From positions 1 through 28,102 of the forward strand of contig JAGWDQ010000113.1 of assembly GCA_018260615.1 (NCBI GenBank): a stretch of 28,102 bases of DNA, written 5' to 3'. The first letter of the stretch is position 1. The number at the start of each line of letters is the position of its first letter. This document shows, piece after piece, positions 16,560 through 25,316 of this stretch. The position numbers and the translations under genes are program-made. Below the pieces are notes generated by a model, which saw only the letters and a list, made by a program, of their open reading frames with translations, ran no database searches and was not told the origin of the DNA. This DNA comes from Candidatus Altarchaeum sp. GTDB taxonomy: Archaea; Altiarchaeota; Altiarchaeia; Altiarchaeales; Altiarchaeaceae.

Positions 16560-18188
16560 ATGACCGACGATGCAAAAAAGGCAACCAAATATATAAAAAA
16601 TGTCCAATTTCCACGCCTGACTATATTGATAGCGATGGACTTGTTAATTCCACTGGCATTTTCAGTCGGATTTTCAAATCCTATGTTTCTTATATTGTTT
16701 GGAATTCCATCTGTTATAGCAACATTTGTGCCGGGAGGAATAAAGTACAGGCAGGCGGAGATAATAAATTTTATCTCAACAATTCTTGAATGTATAATAT
16801 TTGCGTTCGGAATTTTAATATCCAAAGAGTATGGAATATCTAATATCGTTTATATATCGCTTGCAGTGGCGATTTCATTTACATTTGCGGCAAGAATTGT
16901 CATATACAGAACTTTAAAAATGTCACTTCAAAAAGCCATTGTCAGAAGCAGCATAAGATTGTTAATTACATTCTTCTTCTTCTCATTTTTTAAGTTAGAA
17001 GATGTCCGGTTTATGGGCGAACGGCTTGTGCTTATTGTCTCAATGTTTACCTTGATTGTCATAACTTTTATTTACTTATTATCAAAGCCGTTTGAGAAAA
17101 CAATAGGCATAAATCCTTTTGACATGGTATTTGCATTTGCGAATGACTGGGTCCATGGCACGAATACTGTTGAATTATCTCTTATGAAGGGAAGCGAGGA
17201 TGGAAGAGTTGTTGTCCACATCATAAATTTTACCGACAAACACGGAAATTTAAAGGCAAATTTTATTGTTCCTTATATTCATCCCGGTCCCTTCGGAAAT
17301 GTCGGAAGTGCGAACATGCCTAAAATTTTTCACGAAAGTATAGAGCATTCATTTACCTTTCACGGCTCATGCACGCACGAATTAAATTTAATAAAAAACA
17401 GCGATGTTTATGCTATAATGAATGACATAAAAGAAGAAATAAGTCATCTTACAGGCAGGGACAATGAAACCGGATTAACCGAAGGCGAATACGGGAAATT
17501 TATTTCAGGTGAAAAAATTTCTGTCTTACAAATTGATTCGGCTGAGCCGAAGAAAGTCATTTTTTGTGACGGAGACGGTGATATTGATGTGGGAATCGGA
17601 CTGGCATGCGGCGATGTGTTTATTGACCTGCACAGTTCGGGAAATGACGAAGAAATTATTAGTGCTTCCACAAAACGGGGGATGGAAATTATAAATAAAG
17701 CGAAAAATTTAAAAACGACTTTAAAGGAGATTGAAAGCAGGAAAATGAAACTTGGAATTGCAGAAGGCACCGTTCAGGATTGTGATGTCCGGGTCGCATT
17801 TTTTGATTTAAACGAAAAATTTGCATTATTATTATTTGATTCAAACAATATGCAAAACAGGGAAATTTTAAATATATTAAGGCAAAAATTTAATTTTCCC
17901 ATTTTTATCTGCACGACCGACAGCCATCAAAGAGATAACGGAAAATTTATGATTGAAATTGCCAAAGATGATGTTAATGAGGTCTCAAATTTGATTGAAA
18001 AGGCGATGAATGATGCGAGCAATGTGCGGGTTAAATTCGGAAAAATTGAGAGAGATGTAAGTGTTATGGGAAAGGAATATGAAATGTTACAGGCGGCAAA
18101 TTTTATGACAGTGCTGCTGAAATTTTTACTTCCGTTTTTAATTTTTATTACGGTATTTTTTGTTTTTGTTGCGATTGTGATGTTGTGA
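16560..18188 (+). CDS. DUF2070-family archaeal membrane protein
   Basis: About six N-terminal TM helices, PYIHPGPFGNVGS, HGSCTHELN, DSNNM, TTDSH, and a C-terminal TM helix. Confidence 0.75.
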   Translation: MTDDAKKATKYIKNVQFPRLTILIAMDLLIPLAFSVGFSNPMFLILFGIPSVIATFVPGGIKYRQAEIINFISTILECIIFAFGILISKEYGISNIVYISLAVAISFTFAARIVIYRTLKMSLQKAIVRSSIRLLITFFFFSFFKLEDVRFMGERLVLIVSMFTLIVITFIYLLSKPFEKTIGINPFDMVFAFANDWVHGTNTVELSLMKGSEDGRVVVHIINFTDKHGNLKANFIVPYIHPGPFGNVGSANMPKIFHESIEHSFTFHGSCTHELNLIKNSDVYAIMNDIKEEISHLTGRDNETGLTEGEYGKFISGEKISVLQIDSAEPKKVIFCDGDGDIDVGIGLACGDVFIDLHSSGNDEEIISASTKRGMEIINKAKNLKTTLKEIESRKMKLGIAEGTVQDCDVRVAFFDLNEKFALLLFDSNNMQNREILNILRQKFNFPIFICTTDSHQRDNGKFMIEIAKDDVNEVSNLIEKAMNDASNVRVKFGKIERDVSVMGKEYEMLQAANFMTVLLKFLLPFLIFITVFFVFVAIVML

Positions 18189-18215
18189 GGTAAAAGAAAG
18201 ATAAGAAAACAAAAA

Positions 18216-18360
18216 AATACTCACACAAAGCCATTTTCAAAACGAAGAGTTTTGAAAATATGAGAGCGAAGCGAACTTATTTTCAAATCGCAGAGATTTG
18301 AAAATCTCCGAACGAAGTGAGGTGACAGAGTATAATTGCCCCTTTGCGTCTCCGTGTGAG
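18216..18360 (+). repeat. Module D interrupted by nested hairpin-C-hairpin-B modules
   Basis: D left part 18216-18233, hairpin 18234-18258, module C 18260-18283 (exact reverse complement of 12082-12105), hairpin 18280-18304, module B 18305-18325, D right part 18326-18360. Confidence 0.9.
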
Positions 18361-18436
18361 AATAATGAAAATCATATACTTTATAAAAATGTAAAAAATA
18401 ATAACAAAAAAATTTAAAAAACAAATTTCGGATAAA

Positions 18437-18997
18437 ATGATTTTGGGCTTTTACGGAAATTCAAATTCGGGAAAAACGACACTGATAGAGAAGATATGCA
18501 AAAATTTAAAAAAGGAAAATTTAAATGTTGCAGTTGTTAAACATATTCCGCACAAAAATTTTTCCATAGATAATAAGGCGAAGGATACGGGAAAATTTAA
18601 AAATTCAGGAGTTGATGTTGTTGCATTTTCTCCCGGTGAGACGGCTTTTATACTTGGCGGGATGAAATTTAGCGATATGATTTCTAAATTAGAATATATC
18701 GGCAGTTATGATGTAATTTTGGTTGAAGGACTAAAAAAACAGAATATTCCAAAGGTCAGGGTCGGAGAATGCAAAATAGAAAACAATACGATAATGGACT
18801 ATAAAATTGCAGGCGATTTAAAAATAATTTTAAAATGGATAAAAAACGAGGTTCAAAAGGAAAAAACAGAATGGGAGAAAAAGAAGAAGCTTTTGCTACG
18901 GGTGATAAAAGTGACGAAGGTAAGAAAGACGAAGTTAAATATGGCGAAGTTAAAAGGGACGAAGGTAAGAACGACAAAGGCAAGAAAGACGAAGTAA
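18437..18997 (+). CDS. mobB: Molybdopterin-guanine dinucleotide biosynthesis protein MobB (N-terminal GTPase domain; tail after about 18870 probably off-frame)
   Basis: ILGFYGNSNSGKTTLIEK, VAVVKH, KDT.KF..SG and YDVILVEGLK. Confidence 0.87.
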   Translation: MILGFYGNSNSGKTTLIEKICKNLKKENLNVAVVKHIPHKNFSIDNKAKDTGKFKNSGVDVVAFSPGETAFILGGMKFSDMISKLEYIGSYDVILVEGLKKQNIPKVRVGECKIENNTIMDYKIAGDLKIILKWIKNEVQKEKTEWEKKKKLLLRVIKVTKVRKTKLNMAKLKGTKVRTTKARKTK

Positions 18998-19134
18998 TTG
19001 TTATTGTGAATGGAAAAAGATTGCCAATGGGAAATTTTCCAAAAGAAATAATAAAGAATGTTGTTTTTGCAATGGTATCTTCATTAAGAGGAGGGGAAGA
19101 AGCAGAAGAAGTAGAGATAAAGATTAAAAAATAA
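18835..19134 (+). CDS. MobB C-terminal-type small domain with pentapeptide-repeat linker, in the -1 frame relative to mobB
   Basis: VIVIVNGKRLPMGNFPKEIIKNVVFAMVSSLRG..EEVEIKI resembles, from memory, the C-terminal domain of archaeal and anaerobe MobB. The true start is unclear (18835, 18871, or a frameshift fusion). Confidence 0.65.
   Translation: MDKKRGSKGKNRMGEKEEAFATGDKSDEGKKDEVKYGEVKRDEGKNDKGKKDEVIVIVNGKRLPMGNFPKEIIKNVVFAMVSSLRGGEEAEEVEIKIKK
18913..19002 (+). repeat. Six degenerate 15-bp tandem repeats (DEGKK DEVKY GEVKR DEGKN DKGKK DEVIV)
   Basis: gacgaaggtaagaaa / gacgaagttaaatat / ggcgaagttaaaagg / gacgaaggtaagaac / gacaaaggcaagaaa / gacgaagtaattgtt. Confidence 0.85.
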
Positions 19135-19158
19135 GAAAATCAGGAATTCATAAGAAAA

Positions 19159-19608
19159 ATGAGAGTTAATATGGTTGATATTTCGGAAAAGGACATTGTT
19201 GAAAGAATTGCAATAGCAGAAGGAAAAATTTATTTAAAGAGGGAAACAATAGACAAAATTTTAAAAAAAGAAATCAAAAAAGGTGATGTATTAACAACAG
19301 CAGAAATTTCAGCAATAAATGCAGTAAAAAATACGCCAAATTTAATTCTGCTGTGCCATCAGATTCCGATAACGAATGTTGATGTCCATTTTAAAATTAA
19401 TGAAAAGGAAAACTCAATAACTGCAAGTGTTAAGGTTAAGGCAATTGCAAAGACCGGAGTTGAAATGGAAGCACTAACAGGAGTCAGCATAGCACTATTA
19501 ACAATCTGGGATATGACAAAGTATATTGAAAAAGACGAGAAAGGACAATACAAAACAACAAGGATAAATAACATTAAAGTTATTGAAAAAATTAAAAAAG
19601 AAAAATAA
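19159..19608 (+). CDS. moaC: Cyclic pyranopterin monophosphate synthase MoaC
   Basis: MVDISEK...R.A.A.G, KKGDVL.TA.I.AI.AVK.TP.LI.LCH and [10 protein letters not shown]...LLTIWDM.K. Confidence 0.95.
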   Translation: MRVNMVDISEKDIVERIAIAEGKIYLKRETIDKILKKEIKKGDVLTTAEISAINAVKNTPNLILLCHQIPITNVDVHFKINEKENSITASVKVKAIAKTGVEMEALTGVSIALLTIWDMTKYIEKDEKGQYKTTRINNIKVIEKIKKEK

Positions 19609-19731
19609 AAAACAAGAAGAAAAAAGGAAGATAGTATAGTAAAATAAATTTACTTACTAAAATATTCCTTTAATATTTCTTTTATTGTATTCGCGCTTTA
19701 TATTTCATTTGCATCGGACTTACGACTTACA

Positions 19732-21327
19732 TCACATTCCCATACCTCCTCCTCTTTTCGTTGATGCGATTACATCATCAATTCTTAAAATCATATCAAC
19801 TGCTTCCGTTGCCGATTTCAGCGCCTGAATTTTTACCTTTAACGGCTCTACGACATTCTTTTCATACATATTACCTGTTTTTCCTCCTACAACATCCACT
19901 CCGTAATCCTTTTTTCCTTCACTGTAATGCTTCCTTAAATTTACCAGAGTATCAATCACATCCATTCCCGCACTCTCCGCAAGTGTTTTTGGAATATCCT
20001 CTAATGCATCGGCAAATTTTTTTACTGCTAATTGCTCTTTTCCGCTTTGTGTTACTGCAAATTTTCTTAATTCTTCTGCCGCATCAACCTCAACGGCACC
20101 GCCTCCGGTTACTATCTTTTTCATCTCTAATGCACTTGAAAGAGAACCCAAACCGTCCTTTATTGCTCTTTCTAATTCATCAACAACATGTTCGGTTCCG
20201 CCTCTTAATATAATTGTCGCTACCGTCGGATTTACGCAGTCCTTTACAAATATAAAATCATCTCCTGCCATTTTTGTCTGCTCAACAACACCTGCATTTC
20301 CGAGTGAGTCGGAACTTAAATTTCTCATAGAATTTACAATTTTTGCATTTGTTGCCTTTGAAAGTTTTTTCATATCACTTTCTTTTACTCTTCTTGCAGC
20401 CATAATTCCGCTCTTTGCCAGATAATACTGTGCCATATCATCAATTCCTTTCTGACAAAACACAGCATTTGCACCTGTTTTCTTTACTGACTCAACCATA
20501 TCTTTTAGCATTCTTTCTTCTTCATCTAAAAATGCCTGCATTTGTGCCGGTGTGTCAATTTCTATCTCGCCCTTTGTTTCTGTTTTCTTTACTTCAATGG
20601 CAGCATTAAGAAGCAGTATTTTTGCATTTGTTACCTTTTTTGGCATTTGAGCATGCACGACTTCCTTCTCAATGACCATACCTTTAACAATCTCCGAATC
20701 GCTTACCGACCCGCCTTTTTTCTTTATTATTTGCACATTGTCCTGATCAATCTTTAATTCTCCATCCGCGGTTTCTGCTATTGTTTTAATTGCTTCCACA
20801 CACAGTTTTCCTATATGTGACGGATCTACATCAAGTGTTTTTCCTGCTACGGAAACGGATGCAATTTTAATCAGTGCATCATTATCATTTAAGTCAATAT
20901 CCCGTGCATTATCTTCCAGATACTTTTGTATATGTCCCTGTGCTGCCTTATATCCGGATATTACAACTGACGGATGTATGTTTTTTTCAAATAAGTCCAT
21001 TGCCCCTTCCAGTAACCTGCCTGCATATATCAAAGCGGTAGTCGTTCCGTCCCCGACTTCTTTATCCTGTGTTTTTGCTATTTCAACCATTAGTTTTGCA
21101 GCCGGATGTTCAACCTTTAACTTATCTACAATTGTCGCACCGTCATTTGTTATGGTTATATCTCCCATATCATCCACGAGCATTTTATCCATTCCTTTAG
21201 GTCCTAATGTCGTCTTAACTGCGTCACTTACGGCCTTTGCCGCAGATATATTTGCCCTCATTGCATTACCGCCCAAAAGTCGTTCATAGCCCTCAGGTAA
21301 TACCAAAACCTGCATTTGTTGTGCCAT
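19732..21327 (-). CDS. ths: Thermosome (group II chaperonin) subunit
   Basis: TTLGPKGMDKML, ITNDGATI, EVGDGTTT, ILRGGTEHVVDELER, TGGGAVE, ILRIDDVI and a GGGMGM tail. Confidence 0.97.
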   Translation of the reverse strand: MAQQMQVLVLPEGYERLLGGNAMRANISAAKAVSDAVKTTLGPKGMDKMLVDDMGDITITNDGATIVDKLKVEHPAAKLMVEIAKTQDKEVGDGTTTALIYAGRLLEGAMDLFEKNIHPSVVISGYKAAQGHIQKYLEDNARDIDLNDNDALIKIASVSVAGKTLDVDPSHIGKLCVEAIKTIAETADGELKIDQDNVQIIKKKGGSVSDSEIVKGMVIEKEVVHAQMPKKVTNAKILLLNAAIEVKKTETKGEIEIDTPAQMQAFLDEEERMLKDMVESVKKTGANAVFCQKGIDDMAQYYLAKSGIMAARRVKESDMKKLSKATNAKIVNSMRNLSSDSLGNAGVVEQTKMAGDDFIFVKDCVNPTVATIILRGGTEHVVDELERAIKDGLGSLSSALEMKKIVTGGGAVEVDAAEELRKFAVTQSGKEQLAVKKFADALEDIPKTLAESAGMDVIDTLVNLRKHYSEGKKDYGVDVVGGKTGNMYEKNVVEPLKVKIQALKSATEAVDMILRIDDVIASTKRGGGMGM

Positions 21328-21465
21328 TTTTACTTTTACTTTTTAATTAATTATTCTTTTTATTAATTACACTTATTTTATTAAATATTCTTGTTTTATT
21401 AATTAGTTTGAGTGTATATAAATTAAATTTTAAAAAACTAAAATAGAAATAAATTGGAAATTTCA

Positions 21466-22743
21466 ATGGAAACAACAATAAAAGAAACAATAGTTGAGCA
21501 GTGCAAAGCAGGAAAAATTCCCGAAGAAGCAAAATTTATTGCACGGACCGAAAACAAAGATGTCCATTTTGTAGTAAAAGAGATAGCGAGCGGAGGGCTT
21601 GCTGTATTAAGAAGAAAAACCAAATTTGTCGGAATTGGAAATGGACTAAGAACAAAATTAAATGTAAATTTAGGAACATCTTCTGTCGGAGAAATTTCAG
21701 AAGAGGTTGAAAAAGCAAAAATTGCAGAGAAATTTAAAATAGATGCAATCACTGAAATGTCTATGTGCGGAGATATTGATAAAATAAGAGAAAGCATTTT
21801 TCAATCCGTAACAATGCCTGTAATCACCTGTCCGATATATCAGGTTGCAGCGGAAAATTTTGATAAGGGGAACGGCTTTAAATTTAATGGCGGAGAAATT
21901 TTACATAATATTGAAAAACACTTAAAAGAAGGTGTCAGTGCTGTTGTCCTGCATTTATCAATGACAAAAGATGCGATAAAAAAATTAAAAAATACGAAAC
22001 GAATAGACAGTATTGTTTCAAAAGGAGGTGCATTAACTGCCGCTTATATGATTGAGAATAACTGCGAAAATCCGTTTATTGAAAATTTTGCCCGGATTAT
22101 TGAAATTTTGCACGCTCACGATGCAACATTAATTCTCGGAAATGTTATGCGTTCCGGTGGTGTTTGCGATGAAATGGACGAACTGCATATAAACGAAATG
22201 AAAATGAACAGAAATTTCGCAAATAAGGCACACAGGCATGGAGTTCAGGTTATAGTTGAAGCGTTGGGAGGGCATATTGCGGCGAAAAATTTAATAAGTT
22301 ATACAAAATTTTACAGAAAGAACATAAAATTTCCCTTGTTTGCTTCGGGACCTGTGCCGATTGACTGTGCCCTCGGATATGACCATATTGCGGCATGTCT
22401 CGGGGCGGGGATTGTTGCAGGACACGGAGCGGACTTTTTATGCTGTATAACTCCTGCCGAACATTTGGCTTTGCCGACTGTTGAAGATGTTAAAGAAGGG
22501 ATAATCACATTTAAAATTGCCGCTGAATTTGCCGATGCAATGAAATACGGAATAAGCGAGAGAGACAGAGCGATGGATGAGGCGAGGGACGGACACGATT
22601 GGGAAAAGCAGTTTGGTCTGGCAATAGACGGAGGCGAAAGAGCGAGACAAAAAGGTAAAAATTTAATCAAAGGAACAGGTTGTACAATGTGCGGAAAATA
22701 CTGTGCTGTTGATGTTATGAAAAAATATCTGAATAAAATGTAA
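21466..22743 (+). CDS. thiC: ThiC-family radical SAM enzyme (divergent; HMP-P synthase or Bza-type paralogue)
   Basis: GLRTKLNVNLGTS, PIYQV, GYDHI, DFLCCITPAEHL.LP..EDV.EG.I..KIAA and C-terminal CTMCGKYC. ATG at 21466 is preferred over the TTG at 21454. Confidence 0.82.
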   Translation: METTIKETIVEQCKAGKIPEEAKFIARTENKDVHFVVKEIASGGLAVLRRKTKFVGIGNGLRTKLNVNLGTSSVGEISEEVEKAKIAEKFKIDAITEMSMCGDIDKIRESIFQSVTMPVITCPIYQVAAENFDKGNGFKFNGGEILHNIEKHLKEGVSAVVLHLSMTKDAIKKLKNTKRIDSIVSKGGALTAAYMIENNCENPFIENFARIIEILHAHDATLILGNVMRSGGVCDEMDELHINEMKMNRNFANKAHRHGVQVIVEALGGHIAAKNLISYTKFYRKNIKFPLFASGPVPIDCALGYDHIAACLGAGIVAGHGADFLCCITPAEHLALPTVEDVKEGIITFKIAAEFADAMKYGISERDRAMDEARDGHDWEKQFGLAIDGGERARQKGKNLIKGTGCTMCGKYCAVDVMKKYLNKM

Positions 22744-22840
22744 CTACTCACCCGCTCAAAAAATTACTGGTAAATTTTTTGATTTTTTGTATTTTTTTGA
22801 AATTTTCACAGGTAAATTTTGTTAACCCGTGAGTAGTTAC
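22740..22840. mobile_element. 101-bp MITE-like element with terminal inverted repeats and 8-bp target-site duplication
   Basis: Perfect 12-bp TIR GTAACTACTCAC (22740-22751) / GTGAGTAGTTAC (22829-22840), with imperfect pairing extending further inward. Flanked by AATAAAAT at 22732-22739 and 22841-22848. No ORF. Confidence 0.75.
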
Positions 22841-22848
22841 AATAAAAT

Positions 22849-24003
22849 TTAATATTGTAATAATTTAAATAATTCTTTCCATTTCTTTATGTGTTCTTTC
22901 TTAATCTCCGTCGTTTTTGAGAACTCAATTTCTAAGTTTTTCGTATAATTATCAATAAACTTACCTGGGTCATCCAATAATCTTAAGTAATACTTTAACG
23001 AAGGTATTAACCCATTCACTATAACTTCGCAACCATGCTTATTTCTTATATCCTCAATTACTTCTAAAATCTTATCTTCTTCACCTCGCTTAATATTTGG
23101 TTCTGCTGTGGTTAGTAAATAATATCTCTTTATTGGTGTAACTTTGAATTTATCATAAGCGTCTTGTATCATCACGCTGTCTATCGGAATTCCATGCTTG
23201 ATTTCAACCGCTTCAAAATATGTTCCCCTTTTATCTGTTACTTCAAGGTCGCCTACTCCTCTCGCTCTCGCATCCGGAGAAATATGGCTTCTTAAGGGAA
23301 GTAGTTTTTTATTTTCAAATCTTGAAATGTCTTTAATCAATATCTGGTAAATTGAATAAAGAGATACAACGGGCAACCTTGACGCTCCGGAAACAGAATA
23401 TTTGTTAAAAAAATGTATTTTTAACACATCTACAATAGAACTTATTGTAATTCCTTTTTCAATTTTTATTATATTTGCTTTTTTCTGTTTTACTGATGTG
23501 GATTTAATAAGCAGAATGAACAAAGAAATCAAATAAGTTTGAGGGTCTGCCTTTTTGATTTCAATATCATCAATAATATTCAGGAACGTTGTTTTTACCT
23601 CTTTGTCTCGTATTTTCCCCGGAAAGTCCTTTGTAAATGGGTGTGGTTGTTCAATAGAACGGGTAAGCCAGCCACTTTCTTTCATAGATAATCTTCTGAA
23701 ATGGCTTTTAAAAAATGGAGTTACATAACTTGTATCAAGTGTTCTTCCGGAATATCCGTTTTTTAATTCATGTTTATGATATCTGATGTCTTGTTTTGGG
23801 TCTTCAATCTTTTTAACAAGACAAGTGGTTAAAGCAGTCGTAACAGCTTTTAATGATTCTGATTTATCCGCTACTTTAACGAGCCATTCTTTTTGACTTG
23901 CATTTAGTTTATTAAGATATTTCTTACCTCTGTCTCTTTTCAGTTCTTTTTCTGCTTCTGAAAAAGCATCATTCAAAATCGTATTATAATCGTGATTGTT
24001 CAT
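22849..24003 (-). CDS. Putative type II restriction endonuclease (PD-(D/E)XK)
   Basis: GVGDLEV...FEAVEIKHG catalytic-type motif. ATG at 24003 overlaps the MTase TGA (ATGA coupling). Family and recognition site are not assignable from sequence. Confidence 0.75.
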   Translation of the reverse strand: MNNHDYNTILNDAFSEAEKELKRDRGKKYLNKLNASQKEWLVKVADKSESLKAVTTALTTCLVKKIEDPKQDIRYHKHELKNGYSGRTLDTSYVTPFFKSHFRRLSMKESGWLTRSIEQPHPFTKDFPGKIRDKEVKTTFLNIIDDIEIKKADPQTYLISLFILLIKSTSVKQKKANIIKIEKGITISSIVDVLKIHFFNKYSVSGASRLPVVSLYSIYQILIKDISRFENKKLLPLRSHISPDARARGVGDLEVTDKRGTYFEAVEIKHGIPIDSVMIQDAYDKFKVTPIKRYYLLTTAEPNIKRGEEDKILEVIEDIRNKHGCEVIVNGLIPSLKYYLRLLDDPGKFIDNYTKNLEIEFSKTTEIKKEHIKKWKELFKLLQY

Positions 24004-25180
24004 ATTATCCATTCCATTAGACAATTTTCCTTTTTAATAATTTTCAATCTCTCATTAGCATCATCACAATATTGCCGGTTTATGTCAAAACCAATGTAAT
24101 TTCTTCCTAATTTTTTACAGGCAACAGCAGTTGTCCCGCTTCCGATAAACGGGTCTAATACAATATCATTTTCTTTTGTAAGTAAAATAAGTAATTGCTG
24201 AATAATAAATTCCGGGTAAATCGCAGGATGTCCGGAACCTTTAACCGACTCAACAGGACTTTCTATTATATCTCTTTTAAGAAACTCTCCGTTTATTTTT
24301 ATTATTGTAAATCCTTTTGTAAGCATTTGTGTCTTTCTGCCTCCCTCCTGGCCACCGAATGGTAAAGAATGAATACCGTTAATTTTCATTCTAAAACCGG
24401 AAATTTTTCCGTTTTTGACTTCTACTATAACCTGATTTAGATCTTTTTTTGCCATAAGTTTTTGTGTATCTGTTAAGTTGGACTTCTCAATAAGTTCAAA
24501 ATATTTTTTGCCTATTCCATTACCTCTGATGGTTTTCTTTCTTGTGGTCTTTAAAAATTTCATAAATTCATCTAAATTATAGTAATAGTCATCGGATTTA
24601 ACAAAATGGAAAAATGGTTCGGTACTGCTTACTAATCTGCCTTTAAATTGTCTCGGAGTAGGATTAAGTTTTGCCCAGGTAATATTATTCACTAATTTTA
24701 CAGATTCTTTGTTTAGTATATTCAAAGCGAATCTAAACGGCACCAATAACAAACTACTTTCTAAGTATTTATCGCCTATGTTAAAGACAATGCTTCCGTT
24801 TTTCTTGGTAACTCTTACACATTCATGAAAAAGTTCGGATAATTTGTCTATGTATTCGGAGACCTCTTTTTCGTTGCCTATCTCTTTGTCATCTTTTGTA
24901 TATTCTCTTTGCTGAAAATAAGGGGGCGAAGTAATTATTAAATTTACCGACTCATCCGGTAAAATTTTTATTAATTCCAAACTGTCTCCACATAATATTT
25001 TATTTGTGAAGTTATCTGTAGTTTCCATGATTAACTTCATTTTTATAAATTTTTTAGTCCGTTTAAATATGCTCGCTCATGTTTTGCATTTTGAAAATTT
25101 ACCTAAAATAAATTAAATTTGGATAATTAAATTTAAAGTAAAAAAGCAGAGTTTTTGAAATCTCCGAACAAAGTGAGGTG
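22863..25180. mobile_element. R-M islet lying between intact thiC and a thiC relic
   Basis: Bracketed by direct repeats 22652-22739 / 25216-25303 (83/88 identical) and 22841-22862 / 25305-25326 (21/22). No integrase in the window. Confidence 0.6.
24000..25040 (-). CDS. Beta-class amino-DNA methyltransferase (probably N4-cytosine)
   Basis: Motif IV ITSPPY near the N-terminus, HPAIYP, and motif I VLDPFIGSGTT near the C-terminus (beta order). SPPY favours m4C. Confidence 0.92.
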   Translation of the reverse strand: MKLIMETTDNFTNKILCGDSLELIKILPDESVNLIITSPPYFQQREYTKDDKEIGNEKEVSEYIDKLSELFHECVRVTKKNGSIVFNIGDKYLESSLLLVPFRFALNILNKESVKLVNNITWAKLNPTPRQFKGRLVSSTEPFFHFVKSDDYYYNLDEFMKFLKTTRKKTIRGNGIGKKYFELIEKSNLTDTQKLMAKKDLNQVIVEVKNGKISGFRMKINGIHSLPFGGQEGGRKTQMLTKGFTIIKINGEFLKRDIIESPVESVKGSGHPAIYPEFIIQQLLILLTKENDIVLDPFIGSGTTAVACKKLGRNYIGFDINRQYCDDANERLKIIKKENCLMEWII

Positions 25181-25181
25181 A
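25141..25181 (+). repeat. Hairpin remnant + module B
   Basis: GAAATCTCCGAACAAAGTGAGGTGA at 25157-25181 matches 18300-18325 and the B copies at 7033 and 7097. Confidence 0.85.
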
Positions 25182-25316
25182 TAGTTGAGGCATTGGGCAG
25201 GCATGGCAAAAGAGCAAGGTAAAAATTTAATCAAAGGAACAGGTTGTACGATGTGCGGGAAATACTGTGCTGTTGATGTGATGAAAAAAGAGCTGAATAA
25301 AATTAATAAAATTTAA
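25178..25316 (+). pseudogene. thiC: Internally deleted relic of a second thiC allele
   Basis: 25181-25204 matches thiC 22252-22275 (20/24; IVEALGRH vs IVEALGGH). It is followed by a GGC.AAAGAGC piece like 22633-22643, then KGKNLIKGTGCTMCGKYCAVDVMKKELNKINKI* (25216-25316). Confidence 0.87.

Noticed and set aside
21328-21465. TPP riboswitch upstream of thiC
   Set aside because: The region is almost pure A/T with none of the conserved TPP aptamer motifs.
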